In this document: in pieces, positions 27,853-40,002 of the stretch | How the letters are laid out: the number at the start of each line of letters is the position of its first letter | How positions within the stretch are numbered: the first letter of the stretch is position 1 | DNA from: Actinomycetes bacterium | GTDB lineage: Bacteria; Actinomycetota; Actinomycetes; Streptosporangiales; Streptosporangiaceae | Direction of reading: 5' to 3' | NCBI GenBank assembly: GCA_025964575.1 | Contig: JAOPYO010000237.1 | Coordinates: 3,855 to 67,854, forward strand | Length of the DNA stretch: 64,000 nucleotides | The notes under the pieces: model-generated | Told to the model about the DNA's origin: nothing | Seen by the model: the letters and a program-made list of their open reading frames with translations, nothing else | Databases searched by the model: none | Position numbers and translations under genes: made by a program

Positions 27853-29196
27853 TTAGCCGGCCTGATCCTCCCCGGCGGGCAACAGCAGGGTGAAGACCGG
27901 GGGCGCAGGCCGGCGCAGCACCAGCCGGCCGCCCTCCGCCTCGGCCAGCGAGCGGGCCAGGGCCAGTCCGATGCCGTGCCCGCCGCCGCCCGCCGATGAG
28001 GGGGCGCGGCGGGTGAAGATGTCGTCGCCGTCCGGGACCCCGGGGCCCTCGTCCCCGACTTCGATGGCCACTCCCGTCCCGACATCCACCGCCGCGACGG
28101 TGATCCGACCCTGACCGTGCCGCAGCGCATTGTCGATCAGCACATCGAGGATCTGACGGATCGCGCCCCGCGAGGCGCGCACCTCCGGCAGCGGCTCCTG
28201 CCCAGCGATGGTCATGCTGCGCCCGGCCGCGGTCAACGGTCCCTGCCACTGGGCTCGGGTGTCCGCGAGGAGGTCGGTGAGATCGAGCACCTCCCGGGCG
28301 GGCCGGCTGTCGCGGGCCAACCGGAGCAGATCCTCGATGATGTCCTGGAGATGTTCGCCGCGCTTCAGAGCGGTGCGGATGGCGGCCTCCGGGTCCGCAC
28401 CGGGCCGGGTGAGCGAGGACTCCAGGCCCAGCAGCATCCCGGTGAGCGGGGTACGCAGCTGGTGGGAGACATCGGCGCTGAAGGCCCGCTCCCGTTCCAG
28501 TAGATCGCCCAGCCGGCGCGCGGTGGCCTCCAGCGCCAGACCCGCCGCGTCGGCCTCTGGGACCCCCGAGTGCTGTGCCCGGATGCTGAAGTCGCCTCCG
28601 CCGAGTGCCTGGGCGGCGGCGGTGAGCCGCTCGAGCGGCCCCGCCAGCCTGGCCGCCTGGCGGCGGGCGAAGACGGTGGCCAGAAACAGGACGATCAGTG
28701 CCAGCGCGGTCATGAGCAGCCAGGTGCCCTGGGTCCGATCGGAGACCTTGTCGTAGGGCGTACTGACCCGTACCACCCCGATCAGGCCCTGCTCGGAGGG
28801 GACCGGTGCCGCCACGGCGAGCGCACCGTGTTCGACCGCCTCGTGGATCCGCCCGTCCCGGGCGTGCATGGCCACGCCGGACCAGGTCGGCCCGGTGCCG
28901 ATGATGTGATTTCCGCCGAGCCCATAGATGCCGACCGACAGCCGGGACGACAACCCTGAGGGGATCCGCACCGGACCCGGATCGGTGACGACGCTGTCCG
29001 GCACGACGGCCGCGATACGAGTGGCGTCCCGTTCGAGGGTGGTGATGGCCTCCTCGCGATAGAGCCGTTGCACCGCCACCGCCAGCGGGATCGCGAACAG
29101 CACGACCGCCAGCGCCGCGACGCCCACGATCGCGGTCAACACCTGCCGCCGCAGCGGAGTCGCCTGTTGATTCACGCTGGGAAGCCTCTCATCCAT
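27853..29196 (-). CDS. Sensor histidine kinase (2 TM, HAMP, HisKA, HATPase_c)
   Basis: H box FSADVSHQLRTPLT, N box LIDNALRHG, G boxes GDEGPGVP and GGHGIGLALARSL. Confidence 0.9.
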   Translation of the reverse strand: MDERLPSVNQQATPLRRQVLTAIVGVAALAVVLFAIPLAVAVQRLYREEAITTLERDATRIAAVVPDSVVTDPGPVRIPSGLSSRLSVGIYGLGGNHIIGTGPTWSGVAMHARDGRIHEAVEHGALAVAAPVPSEQGLIGVVRVSTPYDKVSDRTQGTWLLMTALALIVLFLATVFARRQAARLAGPLERLTAAAQALGGGDFSIRAQHSGVPEADAAGLALEATARRLGDLLERERAFSADVSHQLRTPLTGMLLGLESSLTRPGADPEAAIRTALKRGEHLQDIIEDLLRLARDSRPAREVLDLTDLLADTRAQWQGPLTAAGRSMTIAGQEPLPEVRASRGAIRQILDVLIDNALRHGQGRITVAAVDVGTGVAIEVGDEGPGVPDGDDIFTRRAPSSAGGGGHGIGLALARSLAEAEGGRLVLRRPAPPVFTLLLPAGEDQAG

Positions 29197-29346
29197 GGAA
29201 GGCGGCGGGGGTATCGCGCCGCCAGCCCGCCGGTTCTGACCGCACGGTCATCCGACGTAAACGTTTTGTTAACTCGGCGCTGACCGGCTACTGACTCGCT
29301 CGGCCCTAGGGTCGCTGTACGCATCCGAGTAAGGCGCCCATCTCCT

Positions 29347-29925
29347 ATGTCCAACGATGATCTGTTTCGGCTGGTCAATGGCTTTTCCCGGCACACGCGT
29401 TGGCTCCATGGTCCGATGGCGGCCTACGCCACGTACGGTGTCGGTCTCTTCGCCGCACTGCTGGTCGTCGGGTGGTGGTTCGCTCGCGGGCACGGTCCAG
29501 CCATCATGGCTGCGGCGCTCTGGGCTCCGCTCGGTGCAGTGCTGGCGGTCGTGGTCAACCAGCCGATCGTGAACGCCGTCGACCAGCGCCGGCCGTACGC
29601 CGCGCTTCCGCACGTCCTTGTGCTGGTCCACCGTACAACCGACCCGTCCGCACCCAGCGACCACGTCACCGTGGCGGGGGCCGTTGCGGTCGGACTGTTC
29701 TTCGCCCACCGACGCCTCGGCCTGATCGCGGCTGCCGCCGCGATTCTCATGGGGGTGGCGCGTGTTTACGTCGGTGTGCACTATCCAGGTGACGTACTGA
29801 GCGGCCTGCTGCTCGGTGGCATCGTGACCATGCTCGGCTTCGTGCTGGCCAAAGGACCCTTGGTGTACGTCGTCACCCGGCTCCGTACGACCCAGCTGCG
29901 CCCGCTGGTGGCGGCTCGAGGCTAA
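29347..29925 (+). CDS. PAP2 family membrane phosphatase
   Basis: The three PAP2 motifs are VDQRRPY, PSDH and ARVYVGVHYPGD. Confidence 0.85.
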   Translation: MSNDDLFRLVNGFSRHTRWLHGPMAAYATYGVGLFAALLVVGWWFARGHGPAIMAAALWAPLGAVLAVVVNQPIVNAVDQRRPYAALPHVLVLVHRTTDPSAPSDHVTVAGAVAVGLFFAHRRLGLIAAAAAILMGVARVYVGVHYPGDVLSGLLLGGIVTMLGFVLAKGPLVYVVTRLRTTQLRPLVAARG

Positions 29926-29930
29926 GTCAC

Positions 29931-30911
29931 ATGGGTCTCACGGGGGGTTTCTTCATCGTCATCGTCGTGCTCACGGCGGTGGTCTTCATGGTGGCCTGTG
30001 TGCGCCTGGCACCGGCGGTGTCCGGCCGCGGCATCCGCCACGTTCTGGCCCGGCTGGGCCTGGTGGCCGCCAGTCAGGTGAGCCTGCTGGCCGCGGTGGC
30101 CGTTGTGGTCAACTCCAGTTTCGACTTCTACTCGTCGTGGAGTGATCTGCTCGGCACCGAGAACGGCCCGGTGCAGGTGAGCGATCACTATCACCGCCCG
30201 GAGCGTGCCACCGAGGTGCTCACCTCCGTGTCGGATCAGCTCAAGCACCAGGTGCCGGCCGAGCACGGGCGGCTCGACCCGGTCCTGATTCACGGTGTCC
30301 GGACCGGTCTCAACGCCCAGTCGTTCATCTACCTTCCCCCGCAGTACTTCAAGGAGCCGAAGCTGCGCTTCCCTGCGGTCCTCGTGCTCTCCGCGGACCC
30401 ACATGCGATGATCCGTGATCTCGACCCACATACCGCCCCGGCCGTCTACGTCGTGACCGGCCCACCGCCGGGCAGTTGTACGGATGTGCCGGGCGGACCG
30501 CAGGCGGAGAGCTTTCTGGCCCAGGACGTCCCAGATGCCGTTCGCGGGGCCTATCGGATCAATGGCGGCTGGGGTGTGCTCGGCGACCAGGTGGGCGGCC
30601 TGTGCGCCGCCAAGCTGGCGTTGCGGCACAGCGACCTGTTCCTCGCCGCGGTCTCCGCCGCGACGGCGTACGACCTTCCGTACGGGGATCTCTATGGTCG
30701 CAGCGCGGCCATCCGCAACGAGAACGACGTGCGGTGGCGGCTGCAGCACCGGACGCCCCCGCCGGTAGACCTCCTGCTCACCGACAACTCGCAGTCCCGG
30801 CAGCTGGCCGGGCTCGCCAGGCCCCCGCTCCGAGTCGAACTGACCCGCGAAACGTGGGCACACGACCTGCCCGTCCTGCTGCGCCGGCTCACACCGGGAG
30901 GCCGCCCATGA
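29931..30911 (+). CDS. Membrane-anchored esterase-family (alpha/beta) protein, nucleophile Ser replaced by Gln
   Basis: Two N-terminal TM helices are followed by an esterase-like fold. The nucleophile elbow reads GDQVGG (codon CAG at 30588-30590), where the downstream paralogue has GDSTGG. Confidence 0.8.
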   Translation: MGLTGGFFIVIVVLTAVVFMVACVRLAPAVSGRGIRHVLARLGLVAASQVSLLAAVAVVVNSSFDFYSSWSDLLGTENGPVQVSDHYHRPERATEVLTSVSDQLKHQVPAEHGRLDPVLIHGVRTGLNAQSFIYLPPQYFKEPKLRFPAVLVLSADPHAMIRDLDPHTAPAVYVVTGPPPGSCTDVPGGPQAESFLAQDVPDAVRGAYRINGGWGVLGDQVGGLCAAKLALRHSDLFLAAVSAATAYDLPYGDLYGRSAAIRNENDVRWRLQHRTPPPVDLLLTDNSQSRQLAGLARPPLRVELTRETWAHDLPVLLRRLTPGGRP

Positions 30912-31996
30912 CCCTCACCGGCACATTGCTGCAGGTGCTGCTCGTCGTCCTCGCGCTGGCCGCGCTCGGGGTCACGGTGTGGCTGATGCCCCGGATGAAG
31001 CGGTCCTTAGGCCGGATCGGGATGCTGCTGGGCTGTCAGCTCTGCGCCCTGCTGGCCCTGCTGGCCGTCGGCAACGCCTATTTCGACTTTTACCACTCCT
31101 GGGGAGATCTGACCGGCAATGTCTCCGAAGCGGCGGCCGGGCCCGGGCTCACGGGAGTCGCGGAGGTCACTCATGTGCGGGACTCGTTCATCGACGCGCA
31201 CCGGCTCTCCCCCTCCGACGGTGGACTCCAGTCCGTTGTCATCCATGGCCGGAGGTCGGGGATCAGCACCCCGGCCTACATCTACCTGCCGCCGCAGTAC
31301 GCCAAGGAACCGAATCGGCGCTTCCCGGTGACGGTGGCCTTCACCGGCTACCCCGGCAACGCGCAGAACCTCATCACCCGGATGCAGCTTCCTCAACTGG
31401 CCTCACACGAGATCGCCGCCGCCCGGACCCAACCGATGATCTTCGTGATGCTGCGGCCCATGGTCACCCCACCTCGGGACACCGAGTGCACCGACGTCCC
31501 GGGTGGGCCACAGGCCGAGACGTTCTTCGCCCAGGATCTGCCGACGGCGATCGGCGCCGCCTATCACACCGCTGCCGGACCGCACGGCTGGGGCCTGCTC
31601 GGCGACTCGACCGGCGGCTACTGCGCGGCCAAGTTAGTCATGCGGCACTCCGACCGGTTCTCCGCCGCCGTGTCCCTGTCCGGATATTTTCACGCGCTGA
31701 CCGACTTCACGACCGGCGACCTCTACGGCGGCAGCAAGGCCTACCGGGGCGAGAACGACCTGTTCTGGAGGCTCGAGCACCTGCCGCCGCCGCCCGTCAG
31801 CATCCTGGTCACCTCCAGTCGCAGCGGCGAGCGCGACTACCCCCAGGTCCAGCGGTTCATCAAGCTGGCCAGGCCGCCGACGGAGGTGGACTCCCTGATC
31901 CTGCCCAGCGGAGGACATCACTTCAGCGTCTGGCGCCGTGAGCTGCCCTCAGCGCTGCGCTGGCTCAGCGACAGGCTGATGGGCCAGCGGGGCTAG
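30908..31996 (+). CDS. Membrane-anchored esterase family alpha/beta hydrolase
   Basis: ATG at 30908 overlaps the upstream stop (ATGA). It is a paralogue of the previous gene. It has a GDSTGG elbow (Ser codon 31607-31609) and SGGHHFSVW near the C-terminus. Confidence 0.8.
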   Translation: MTLTGTLLQVLLVVLALAALGVTVWLMPRMKRSLGRIGMLLGCQLCALLALLAVGNAYFDFYHSWGDLTGNVSEAAAGPGLTGVAEVTHVRDSFIDAHRLSPSDGGLQSVVIHGRRSGISTPAYIYLPPQYAKEPNRRFPVTVAFTGYPGNAQNLITRMQLPQLASHEIAAARTQPMIFVMLRPMVTPPRDTECTDVPGGPQAETFFAQDLPTAIGAAYHTAAGPHGWGLLGDSTGGYCAAKLVMRHSDRFSAAVSLSGYFHALTDFTTGDLYGGSKAYRGENDLFWRLEHLPPPPVSILVTSSRSGERDYPQVQRFIKLARPPTEVDSLILPSGGHHFSVWRRELPSALRWLSDRLMGQRG

Positions 31997-32028
31997 CGCA
32001 TGTCCCGCGGATCTGCGGACGAGCATGA

Positions 32029-32718
32029 TCAGGGTTCGACCTCGTAGCGATAGCCGCGGCCGCGGAGGGTCGTGATCCGGTTCGGGTCCTCACCGAGCTC
32101 ACCGAGCTTGCGGCGCAGCGCGGAGACATGGACGTCCAGCGTCTTGGTCGAGCCGAACCAGTTCACATCCCACACCTCCTCCATCAACTGCTCGCGGGAG
32201 ATCATCTCGCCGGCCCGGGTGACCAGCGTGGCCAGCAGGTCGAACTCCTTGGGGCGCAGCGGCAACTCGGTGCTGTCCACGTAGGCCCGGCGGGCCGCCA
32301 GATCCAGCCGCAGCCGCCCCACGTTCATGATGCGGTCGTCGGGTGCCGACGCCTGTCTGCGCAAATGGGCCCGCAGCCGGGCCATCAGCTCGGTGAGCCG
32401 GAACGGTTTGGTCAGGTAGTCGTCGGCGCCCGCGTCCAGTGCGACCACCACCTCGAACTCCTGGGCGCGCGCCGTCAGCACGACGATCACCGTGAGGGGG
32501 AGTGCGCTGCGCAGCCGCCGGCAGAGCGCGACGCCGTCCACATCGGGGAGACCGAGGTCGAGCAGGACGAGATCGGGCGGATGGCCGGGTACGTCATTCA
32601 GCGCTTCCAGCCCGGTCGCGGCCAACGCCGCGTCGTATCCATGGCCTTTCAGCGCCTCGACCAGCTCAGAGCCGATCGCCGGATCGTCCTCGATGACCAG
32701 CACACGGGCAGGAGACAC
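32029..32718 (-). CDS. OmpR/PhoB-type response regulator
   Basis: Receiver domain VLVIEDDP...DLVLLDLGLPDVDG and winged helix ...TLRGRGYRYE. Confidence 0.9.
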   Translation of the reverse strand: MSPARVLVIEDDPAIGSELVEALKGHGYDAALAATGLEALNDVPGHPPDLVLLDLGLPDVDGVALCRRLRSALPLTVIVVLTARAQEFEVVVALDAGADDYLTKPFRLTELMARLRAHLRRQASAPDDRIMNVGRLRLDLAARRAYVDSTELPLRPKEFDLLATLVTRAGEMISREQLMEEVWDVNWFGSTKTLDVHVSALRRKLGELGEDPNRITTLRGRGYRYEVEP

Positions 32719-32808
32719 AGCTGGCAGTCTATGGCTTGATCTGCGGTGGACGGCCCGCCACCAGGGGCGAGGCGCCTACCGGCCGTACAACAGGGGTAGG
32801 GGCTGGTC

Positions 32809-34176
32809 ATGAGTGCCAAAGAAGTCGACGTCGTCGTCATTGGAATGGGACCCGGTGGAGAGGACGCGGCCGGAAAACTGGCCGAGGCGGGACTGGTGGT
32901 CGCCGGAGTCGAGGCCCGGCTGGTCGGTGGCGAATGCCCGTACTTCGGCTGTATTCCCACCAAGATGATGGTCCGGGCGGCCGACCTCCTCGCCGATGGC
33001 CGCCGGATCCCGGACTTCGCGGGTGACGCGACGGTACGGCCGGACTGGGCACCCGTTGCGCGGCGGATCCGGGCCGAGGCCACCGATTCCTGGAACGACA
33101 AGGCCGCCGCCGACCGGTTCACCGGCAAGGGCGGACTGCTCTTTCGGGGCTGGGGCCGGATCACCGGGCCCGGCGAGGTCACCGTGGCGACCGAGGACGG
33201 CGACCAGGTCCTGCGAGCCCGCCGCGGCATCGTGATCAACGTCGGCACCGAGCCGGCCGTCCCCCCGATCGAAGGTCTGGCCGGCACCCCGTACTGGACC
33301 AACCGCGAGGCCGTGCGGACCGAGGAGGTGCCGGACTCGCTGATCGTGCTCGGCGGCGGGGCGATCGGGGCGGAGTTCGCCCAGGTGTTCGCCCGGTTCG
33401 GCAGCGAGGTCACCGTGGTCGAGGCGATGGACCGGATGCTGCCGCTGGACGAACCCGAGTCCGGAGAGCTGGTGGCCGAGGTCTTCGAACGTGAGGGCAT
33501 CCGCGTGCGCACCGGCACCAGTGCCACCAAGGTCACCCATGACGGGGCCTTCACCGTCGACCTGGGTGATGAGGCGCTGACCGCGACCAACCTGCTGGTC
33601 GCCACCGGACGGCGCACCGACCTCAAGACGCTCGGGGTCGGAACCATCGGTCTGGACGAGGGCGCGAAGACGATCGACGTGGACGAGCGGTTGCGGGCGG
33701 CGCCCCGCGTATGGGCGATCGGCGACATCACCGGCAAGGGCGCCTTCACCCACGTGTCGATGTACCAGGCGGCAATCGTAGTCCGGGAGATCCTCGGCGA
33801 GGACGGGCCGCCCGCCGACTATCGAGCGCTGCCCCGAGTGACCTTCACCGACCCCGAGATCGGCTCGGTCGGGCTGACCGAGGCTCAGGCCAGAGAACGG
33901 GGACTGACCGTTCGCACCGGCGCCTCGCAGGTCGCTTCCTCGACTCGCGGCTGGATTCACAAGGGCGAGGGCTTCATCAAGCTGGTGGAGGACGTCGGCC
34001 GCGGGGTGCTCGTGGGTGCGACCTCCGCCGGGCCGATCGGCGGGGAGGTGCTCGGGGCGTTGGTCGTGGCCATCCATGGTGAGGTGCCCACCGAACGACT
34101 CCGGCACATGATCTACGCCTTTCCGACGTTTCACCGAGGCATCGAGGATGCGCTCCGTGACCTCGCGGAAGAGTGA
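32809..34176 (+). CDS. Class I pyridine nucleotide-disulfide oxidoreductase (dihydrolipoyl dehydrogenase/mercuric reductase-like)
   Basis: FAD fold VVVIGMGPGGEDAA, redox pair GGECPYFGCIPTK, NAD(P) fold VLGGGAIGAEFA, and a dimerisation C-terminus. Confidence 0.85.
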   Translation: MSAKEVDVVVIGMGPGGEDAAGKLAEAGLVVAGVEARLVGGECPYFGCIPTKMMVRAADLLADGRRIPDFAGDATVRPDWAPVARRIRAEATDSWNDKAAADRFTGKGGLLFRGWGRITGPGEVTVATEDGDQVLRARRGIVINVGTEPAVPPIEGLAGTPYWTNREAVRTEEVPDSLIVLGGGAIGAEFAQVFARFGSEVTVVEAMDRMLPLDEPESGELVAEVFEREGIRVRTGTSATKVTHDGAFTVDLGDEALTATNLLVATGRRTDLKTLGVGTIGLDEGAKTIDVDERLRAAPRVWAIGDITGKGAFTHVSMYQAAIVVREILGEDGPPADYRALPRVTFTDPEIGSVGLTEAQARERGLTVRTGASQVASSTRGWIHKGEGFIKLVEDVGRGVLVGATSAGPIGGEVLGALVVAIHGEVPTERLRHMIYAFPTFHRGIEDALRDLAEE

Positions 34177-34261
34177 TCTCAGGCATCATTTGTCCCAGCA
34201 GTTCGCAAGCGATCAGCAATAATCGTTTATGCGGGTGATTCGCTGGTGCATTGCTGCTTCT

Positions 34262-35644
34262 ATGGGCATCATGTCGTCACCTGTCGCACATCGATCGGCC
34301 GCGGTTTTGCTGATCGTGGTCACGGCGGCCTGCACTTCCGTCGCGGGCACGGCCGGGAGTCCGCACCCCGGCACGCGGCCGTGGTCGGCGGCCACCCCGC
34401 AGCGCACCCAGGCGGGGCCGAAGTCCGCCGGGCCGGCGGCGCACAAGGCCCCGCACTTCACCCGTACGTTCCATGTCGACGCGGTCCACGGCGACGACGG
34501 TAACTCGGGCAGGACCCCCGCCACCGCCTGGAAGACGCTGGGCAAGCTGGACCGGTCGGCCTTCAAGCCCGGTGACGGGATCCTGCTCAAGCGCGGCGGC
34601 ACCTGGCACGGCTCGCTGCGCCTGCGCCGCCAGGGCACCGCGAAGGCGAAGATCACTTTGGGGGCGTACGGCTCCGGCGCGCGCCCAGTGATCTCCGGCG
34701 GCGGTGTGGGGGTCGACGGCTCCTACTGGGTCATCAGCTCAATCCGGACGACCGGCGGCCGCTGGGCCGGTGTCGAGCTGGGCGGCACCCACAACGAGGT
34801 GCGCGACATCCACACCGACCACAACGTCGTCGGGGTGTCGGTGACGGAGCGCTCATCGGACAACCTCATCACCGACAGTGAGATCGTCGATAACAACAAG
34901 ATGAGCGTGAACACCCCGAAATCACAGAATCCCGACGACGACTCGGGAGCGTTCGGCGTCCTGCTCAATGGTGATCGCAATACCGTCACCCACAATAAGA
35001 TCTCCGGCAGTTTCGCGAAGAGCTACGACTATGGCACCGACGGCGCCGCGGTGGAGATCTACAACGGTGATCGAAATACCATTTCGCACAACGTCACCAG
35101 CGACAATGACACCTTCACCGAACTCGGCCGCTCTGGTCGCCAGACCGCCGACGGCAACGTCTTCGTCTACAACGTCGTCACCACCACCAAGGACCGCGGC
35201 GCCTTCCTGGTGACGCGCGGCGCGGGCACCCCGCTCGGGCCGGTGCGGGGCACTGTCGTCGCCAACAACACGGTCTCGCTGCCCGGCAAGGGCGGTGGCT
35301 GGGTCTGCTACGCCGGGTGCGCTCCGGGCATCCTCAAACTCCGCAACAACGTGATCTCCGTCGGAGGGGTGGTCGGCCAGGAGGACGGCGCCGGCGCCGA
35401 TGACGATACCGGCGTCTATCAGGGGCGCCTGCGGTTCAAGCCCGGGCCGAGGTCCCTCGTGGCGGACCCCCGGTTCGTCAGCCGGGCGGATCTGCATCTG
35501 CGGGCGAACAGCCCGGCGATCGGGCGCGCGGTGCCCCTGCCCGCTATAGCGAACTATTCCGGTGACGTGGACGGCCAGCGACTTCCGGCGGGTGGAAGAA
35601 CGGACGGGAAGCTGGACGCCGGCGCCTACGAGCGGACCCGCTGA
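34262..35644 (+). CDS. Right-handed parallel beta-helix repeat lipoprotein
   Basis: Signal peptide plus lipobox [11 protein letters not shown]. Successive beta-helix turns are seen ([54 protein letters not shown]). Start is ATG 34262 or 34271. Confidence 0.75.
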   Translation: MGIMSSPVAHRSAAVLLIVVTAACTSVAGTAGSPHPGTRPWSAATPQRTQAGPKSAGPAAHKAPHFTRTFHVDAVHGDDGNSGRTPATAWKTLGKLDRSAFKPGDGILLKRGGTWHGSLRLRRQGTAKAKITLGAYGSGARPVISGGGVGVDGSYWVISSIRTTGGRWAGVELGGTHNEVRDIHTDHNVVGVSVTERSSDNLITDSEIVDNNKMSVNTPKSQNPDDDSGAFGVLLNGDRNTVTHNKISGSFAKSYDYGTDGAAVEIYNGDRNTISHNVTSDNDTFTELGRSGRQTADGNVFVYNVVTTTKDRGAFLVTRGAGTPLGPVRGTVVANNTVSLPGKGGGWVCYAGCAPGILKLRNNVISVGGVVGQEDGAGADDDTGVYQGRLRFKPGPRSLVADPRFVSRADLHLRANSPAIGRAVPLPAIANYSGDVDGQRLPAGGRTDGKLDAGAYERTR

Positions 35645-35717
35645 GCCCTGGCCGCCCGGGCTGAGCCTCGGGCCGGGCAGACGGGGGCTACCGATCCCCG
35701 CGGTTTACGCTGGCCGT

Positions 35718-37706
<1,989 letters not shown>

Positions 37707-37929
37707 TGGCATGGCTATTGGATTTCCCAGCAACAATCGATGGTGATGTGACCGTTGCCTGTGCGAAGGTGGGGGCTACTAGCGAGTAGGAGAAATCCGG
37801 ATGACTGATTGTGGTCAATGTGGTGCAGGTGACCTCAGCCGTCACCGGGTATCTGGACGATCGTTGTCTTTGTAGTCCATAGTCGGGTGACCCGGGTGCT
37901 CCGGGACGGGGATTCAAGGGAGTGTTGCT

Positions 37930-39117
37930 GTGCGCAGGCCGAGCCGGCGAGTTCTACCGACGGTCATCGGCGTTTCCCTGCTGACCACGCTCGCCGCCAA
38001 CATCTCGGTGGTCGTGGCGCACACGAACTCCGCCAGACCTCGGACTCAGGCCGCCAAGAAGCAGGGCTTCGTGGCCAGCGCGGCCTCCTCGCCGTACTCC
38101 GCGAGCACCGCCGTCGCCACCCTGCAACAGCGGCTGTCTCCGCAGATCCTCGTCGCCGGCGGGACCACACTGCCCGCCGACGTGATCGCTAAGATCCGCG
38201 GGTACAAGGGCGTCAAAGGCGTCGAGGTCGTCGACGCGGTGCAGGCCCTGGTGGCCGGTAAGCGGGTCGGGCTCATGGGCGTCGACCCGTCGACCTTCCG
38301 CGCCTACACGCCCAAGCCCACGGCCGAGTCCGACGCGCTGTGGCGCAACGTCGCCGCGGGTGATGTCGCGGTGTCCTTCACACTGGGCAAGGACGGCGGG
38401 CTGCAACTCGACAGCCGTGTGCCCATCGGCGGCAAGACCCGGCAGGAGCAGACCCGCGTCGGCGCCTACGCCACCATGGGAATCGGCGATGTCGACGCCG
38501 TGGTCTCGCACGCTGTGGCCCGGTCCCTGGGGATGCCGTCCGGCAACGCCCTGCTGATCAGCGCACCCAAGATCAAACTCGACAAGCTCAACAAGTGGCT
38601 GGCCAAGAAGGCGCTGCCCAAGGGCGCGAAGTCCGTACTGCTCAACGCCAAGCTCGACTACGTGCGCAGTAGCGGGGCCGGCCAGCTGCCGCAGTCCAAC
38701 GGTCAGTTCTTGACCGGGACACAGATCTCCGTTGCGATCAGGGCGGGTTACACCAAGCTCGGGATGCCCTACGTTTGGGGTGGTGAGTCCGACGCCGAGG
38801 GCGGTTATGACTGCTCTGGACTCGTCCAGTGGGCGTTCCGCCAGGCCGGCATCACGATGCCGCGAGTGGCCGCCGACCAGGCCCGCACCGGTCCCATCGT
38901 GCCGTACGACCAGGCTCGTCCGGGGGACCTGCTGATCTGGGCCAACGACCCGACCGCACCCGGCTACATCTCGCACATCGCGATCTACATCGGTGGCAAC
39001 AAGATGCTGGTGGCGCCGCACACCGGTGACGTCGTCAAGATCCAGACGGTGTATCTGCGGAACTTCAAGGGCGCTGTCCGGGTCAACCCGCAGCTCGCCG
39101 GCCACGTGGCCGGCTGA
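37930..39117 (+). CDS. NlpC/P60 (C40) peptidoglycan endopeptidase
   Basis: GTG start and signal anchor. The C-terminal GMPYVWGGESDAEGGYDCSGLVQW (catalytic Cys) and ISHIAIYIGGNKMLVAPHTGD (His) are present. Confidence 0.9.
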   Translation: MRRPSRRVLPTVIGVSLLTTLAANISVVVAHTNSARPRTQAAKKQGFVASAASSPYSASTAVATLQQRLSPQILVAGGTTLPADVIAKIRGYKGVKGVEVVDAVQALVAGKRVGLMGVDPSTFRAYTPKPTAESDALWRNVAAGDVAVSFTLGKDGGLQLDSRVPIGGKTRQEQTRVGAYATMGIGDVDAVVSHAVARSLGMPSGNALLISAPKIKLDKLNKWLAKKALPKGAKSVLLNAKLDYVRSSGAGQLPQSNGQFLTGTQISVAIRAGYTKLGMPYVWGGESDAEGGYDCSGLVQWAFRQAGITMPRVAADQARTGPIVPYDQARPGDLLIWANDPTAPGYISHIAIYIGGNKMLVAPHTGDVVKIQTVYLRNFKGAVRVNPQLAGHVAG

Positions 39118-39133
39118 GCCACCCGAGATCCGT

Positions 39134-39736
39134 TCAGAGCGGGCACCCGGCTGACAGGTAGTCCAGGCCGCGTTCGAGCAGGTCGAGCAGGTCGCTTTCG
39201 CCGACATTCTCGACCCAGGTGAGGATGGTGGCCTGCCAGACCCCGAGCAGTGCGCCGGAGAACGCGCGGAGCTCGAAGTCATCCGGGGACCGGCCTACCC
39301 GCTCGGCCAGCGTCTGGGCGATGAGCAGTTGAGTGTCCTGCATATTCTCCCACTGACGGGCCCGCAGCGCCGGGACCGACATGGAGAGGGTGACCCGTTC
39401 GACGATGCGTTGCCGGTCCTCGGCGCGCATCATGCCGATGATCTCTCTCAGAGTGGCGCGTAGCGCCTCCACCGGAGACAGATCACCGGGCTGGGCGCGG
39501 AGCGATTCGACGATCAGCGGGTCGTACTCATCGGTGACGACGACGTCTTCCTTGCTGGGGAAGTAGCGAAAGAACGTGCTGGGCGAGACCTCCGCGGCCT
39601 CGGCTATCTGCTCGACGGTGGTGGCGTCGTACCCGTTGGCCAGAAAGAGCCGGAGGGCGTGTTCCTGGATCGCCCTCCGGGTCTTCAGCTTCTTGCGCTC
39701 GCGCAGCCCGAGCCGCTCAAGCGGAGACGTGGTCAT
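39134..39736 (-). CDS. TetR family transcriptional regulator
   Basis: ATG at 39736. LRERKKLKTRRAIQEHALRLFLANGYDATTVEQIAEAAEVSPSTFFRYF is the TetR HTH. Confidence 0.9.
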   Translation of the reverse strand: MTTSPLERLGLRERKKLKTRRAIQEHALRLFLANGYDATTVEQIAEAAEVSPSTFFRYFPSKEDVVVTDEYDPLIVESLRAQPGDLSPVEALRATLREIIGMMRAEDRQRIVERVTLSMSVPALRARQWENMQDTQLLIAQTLAERVGRSPDDFELRAFSGALLGVWQATILTWVENVGESDLLDLLERGLDYLSAGCPL

Positions 39737-39989
39737 GCGACGATTCTCCGGCATGATCGGCCGGAGACGCATCTCCGGCCGCGTGCCGCGGCAGCAGGAG
39801 TGCGGCGAACACCACGATGTACGCGGCCACGATCCACTGCAGGTCACTGGTGCCCGCACCCAGCTGGGTCGAGAGCGTCGGCAGCGCCACATTCAGGATG
39901 GTCGTGTCCAGTCCGATGACCAGGATGCTGAGGACCAGTGCGCCCAGCGCCCACCAGCGACGTGCTCCAGGGGGCCTTGAGTAGCTCAT
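39717..39989 (-). pseudogene. N-terminal remnant of a DHA2-type MFS efflux transporter
   Basis: MSYSRPPGARRWWALGALVLSILVIGLDTTILNVALPTLSTQLGAGTSDLQWIVAAYIVVFAALLL matches TM1-TM2 of EmrB/QacA-type MFS proteins. It then degenerates and stops inside the tetR start region, leaving about 70 of the ~480-500 aa expected. Confidence 0.6.
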
Positions 39990-40002
39990 GGCAGTCAACT
40001 TC

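Noticed and set aside
37707-37929. Possible cyclic-di-AMP (ydaO-type) riboswitch in the long leaders of the NlpC/P60 gene (37707-37929) and the transglycosylase-like gene (43762-44119). Such riboswitches often precede actinobacterial cell-wall hydrolase genes.
   Set aside because: I could not find the conserved ydaO elements in the right order (AAUC...ACGGGGA/GGACCC, GGGUGAAUC, CCCGA..CCGNCAGCUAAC). Only scattered partial matches are present (GUAGGAGAAAUCC, ACGGGGAUUC). A cmscan with RF00379 would settle it, and a hit above threshold would overturn this rejection.
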